A program made the translations under genes and the position numbers. The notes under the pieces are model-generated. The model searched no databases. It was not told the origin of the DNA and saw nothing but the letters and a program-made list of their open reading frames with translations. A stretch of 63,331 nucleotides of DNA, counting the filler, from Aduncisulcus paluster (lineage: Eukaryota), in assembly GCA_024181965.1 (NCBI GenBank). It is 11 parts of 11 records of this genome, joined end to end, with 100 filler letters (N's around TTAATTAATTAA, not from the genome) between each part and the next. Parts side by side here need not be neighbours in the genome. Positions count along the whole stretch, not along the records: positions 55,494 to 63,331 come from BQXS01000119.1; 10 more parts are not named here. The stretch is one strand, 5' to 3'. Each line of letters begins with the position of its first letter. Within the stretch, counting starts at the first letter, position 1. Positions 60,984 to 63,331 of this stretch are shown one piece after another.

Positions 60984-61895
60984 TATGTGGGTTTTGTTGT
61001 ACAAAACTGTCAATTAGAAGTAACCCACTTCATGAACTGTTTAAACGAATTTCATGCTAAGAAATGAAAGTTAACATGTGTAAACATATTAATATAATTT
61101 ATTTCTATGGATTTAATCAACTATTACAGCCAGGACATAGATTGCAGGGACAAAACCGATCGAGCAGAGAGTCGATGTAAAATTCTACACGTAGTATTTT
61201 TATCATAGTGCGAAATGTTAAACAATATCACATAATTTATATCCAGATATTGTTGTTCAACGGTGTGTTATCGAAAAAAAAAATGTTGACGAGCTATAGA
61301 GATTGATTTGAAAACTTGTTTATATTTGTTTGATTGATTCTTTCTGCATTAATTCGTTTTTTAATTATCATACATTTATCGTGATTGATTTTAGATNNNN
61401 NNNNNNNNNNNNNNNNCAGGACATAGATTGCAGGGACAAAACCGATCGAGCAGAGAGTCGATGTAAAATTCTACACGTAGTATTTTTATCATAGTGCGAA
61501 ATGTTAAACAATATCACATAATTTATATCCAGATATTGTTGTTCAACGGTGTGTTATCGAAAAAAAAATGTTGACGAGCTATAGAGATTGATTTGAAAAC
61601 TTGTTTATATTTGTTTGATTGATTCTTTCTGCATTAATTCGTTTTTTAATTATCATACATTTATCGTGATTGATTTTAGATGTTTGTCACCCAACTTTGT
61701 TTCGTAATTATTCACGATGTTAGGTTCCAAATAAATATTAATCCAAATACTAATCATTATGTTTGTTTTATATTATTCCGCCATCAAGAATTTATCCTCG
61801 TATTTCGAGTGCAACGATCTTCGGACTTTGTTTTGACGTCCACACAATTAATTTTACTTTCCAGAGTTGGATGAAAAACTAGAATTGATTATTCA

Positions 61896-63331
61896 ATGGA
61901 CTCAGTAACTCTTCCTTATCCAATTATTGACCATATAATGGTATATAAATATGATATCGTTGGTTCAGCAAAATCAGCAAATCTGGACAAGTTTTTCACG
62001 GCAAATCCAGATAAACCACCACCACCGAACTTAAATCAGTTTATTTTCCCCGAATCTCACTCAATTCACGGGTCATTTAAAAGGTTGAATTTCATTTTTA
62101 CTTTTACCGATGAAAAAGGAATTCGAACATATGCTTATGTATGTAATGTACATTCCTCTGGTAATAGCCAACGTTTAGTTATTGTTAGCAAATAGTATGT
62201 TCTCCCAATACCTCATAATATTCTTTTATGTTCTTTTATTATTGAATTTATCGTATTAATTAATCATTTTTTCCCAGTTTTTGGTATACTTTCTTTTCAA
62301 AATTGCTTGAATTTTGTAAAATGCTTATTGAAATGGGCGAGCAGCACCTAAAAGATAAAAAAGGAATTGATGTTCTTGAAGAAATAGTTCCCATGGAGAG
62401 AAGGAGGAAAAGACGGAAGAAAACGTCCTCCTACCTTGATTTATTAGCTGATCTTGATCTGTCTGGAGCAGCTGAGGAATACGAATACACTTATGAATAT
62501 GAATATGATGGTGACAATATTTCCACCGAGAAACCCAAGCAACCAGTCTCACCAATTGTTGCGGATGACCCTCTTGATTGGCTCCTTGATCTTCCTTCCA
62601 CAGGTCATCCCATTGGAGAATCTCATACAACCCTTTCTGATGGAATCAAAACCCATAAGAGAAACCTAAGTTTTGAAGAACGCAAAGAGAAAGAAAAAAA
62701 AGAAAAAGAAGAAGCACGAAAAGAAAGACGGGAAAAACGGAATAAGTATCGATTCCATCCGACTCTAATCTCATTTTTCTCTTCTCTTTCGCATGCAAAA
62801 GCTCCCCTCCAAGGCCAGAAGCTCACTCTCTCTGTCTGTGGCTTTGGAATGACATTTGAGGCTGAGCGTGATCTTTCTTCGTCCTTATTACATTGTTTGT
62901 CCGCCTCCTCCTCTTCCTCCTCCATTCAAAGCCCCCTCTCTCCCGCCTCCTCTCCTTCTCCCGCTTCTTCTCCTTCTCCTTCCTCTTCTTCTCTTCTCAA
63001 TGCCTCAATTTCATTGTTATATACCCTCTCTCCGCATTCCCTGTCGTATATTCTGTCATATTTGCTTCAAGACGGTCGTCTGGTGTGCGTATCTTCCTCT
63101 CTCTCGATGCTTTCTCTCGGAATCATCATGCTACTCAAGCTCATATACCCTTGCGTGTGGCCACATGTGCTAATTCCCATTCTACCAGCTTCCTTGCTTC
63201 ACATTCTGCATATGCCTGGGCCATTTATCATAGGAATACATTCATGCGATGCTCTGAAAGGTGGATCTGGGTCTATTTTGACCAAATTAGACCATTGTAT
63301 CGTGTGTAATTTTGACAATGGGTCTGTGAAG
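61896..63331 (+). CDS. DENN-domain protein (Rab GEF family), 3'-partial; exons 61896-62194 and 62278->63331
   Basis: uDENN-like FIFP...FIFTFTDEKGIRTYAY...LVIVSK. An 83-nt GTATGT...CAG intron (62195-62277) removes the apparent stop. Exon 2 encodes the DENN core LIYPCVWPHVLIPILPASLLHILHMPGPFIIGI. Confidence 0.88.

Noticed and set aside
62193-62195. Apparent TAG ending the 99-aa ORF, or stop-codon reassignment
   Set aside because: The G belongs to the GTATGT intron donor. Other genes end normally in TAA, TAG or TGA, so the code is standard.
1-63331. tRNA, rRNA or snRNA genes
   Set aside because: No convincing cloverleaf or conserved rRNA/snRNA motif seen by eye. A tRNAscan-SE or Rfam run would be needed to exclude them.

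Overview
Eukaryotic protist draft-assembly DNA. It is not one locus: 11 contigs are joined by artificial 100-nt spacers (N44-TTAATTAATTAA-N44), and five 20-N gaps each have a duplicated overlap. The genetic code is standard, genes are dense, and introns are short (about 83-220 nt) with GTATGT...AG ends. The expanded families recall a free-living fornicate such as Aduncisulcus paluster (recognition from memory, not a search). Recognisable genes: CFAP20, a SPEF2-like protein, PACRG-like, a MAK/ICK kinase, kinesin-3, a DENN protein, RPAIN, a Sin3-like protein, DcpS, an INCENP-like protein and a decayed coatomer-alpha copy. Mobile DNA: a complete 625-bp hAT-type non-autonomous element (27-bp TIRs, 8-bp TSD) and the 3' end of a chromodomain LTR retrotransposon inserted in an ARM-like gene. 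The most novel signal is a family of about 180-aa beta-rich modules with a conserved framework and hypervariable loops. The module occurs as a 9-unit array fused to a Ser/Thr kinase, as a stand-alone pair, and as a diverged copy fused to an atypical Rab GTPase, which makes it a candidate diversified intracellular recognition/signalling system.
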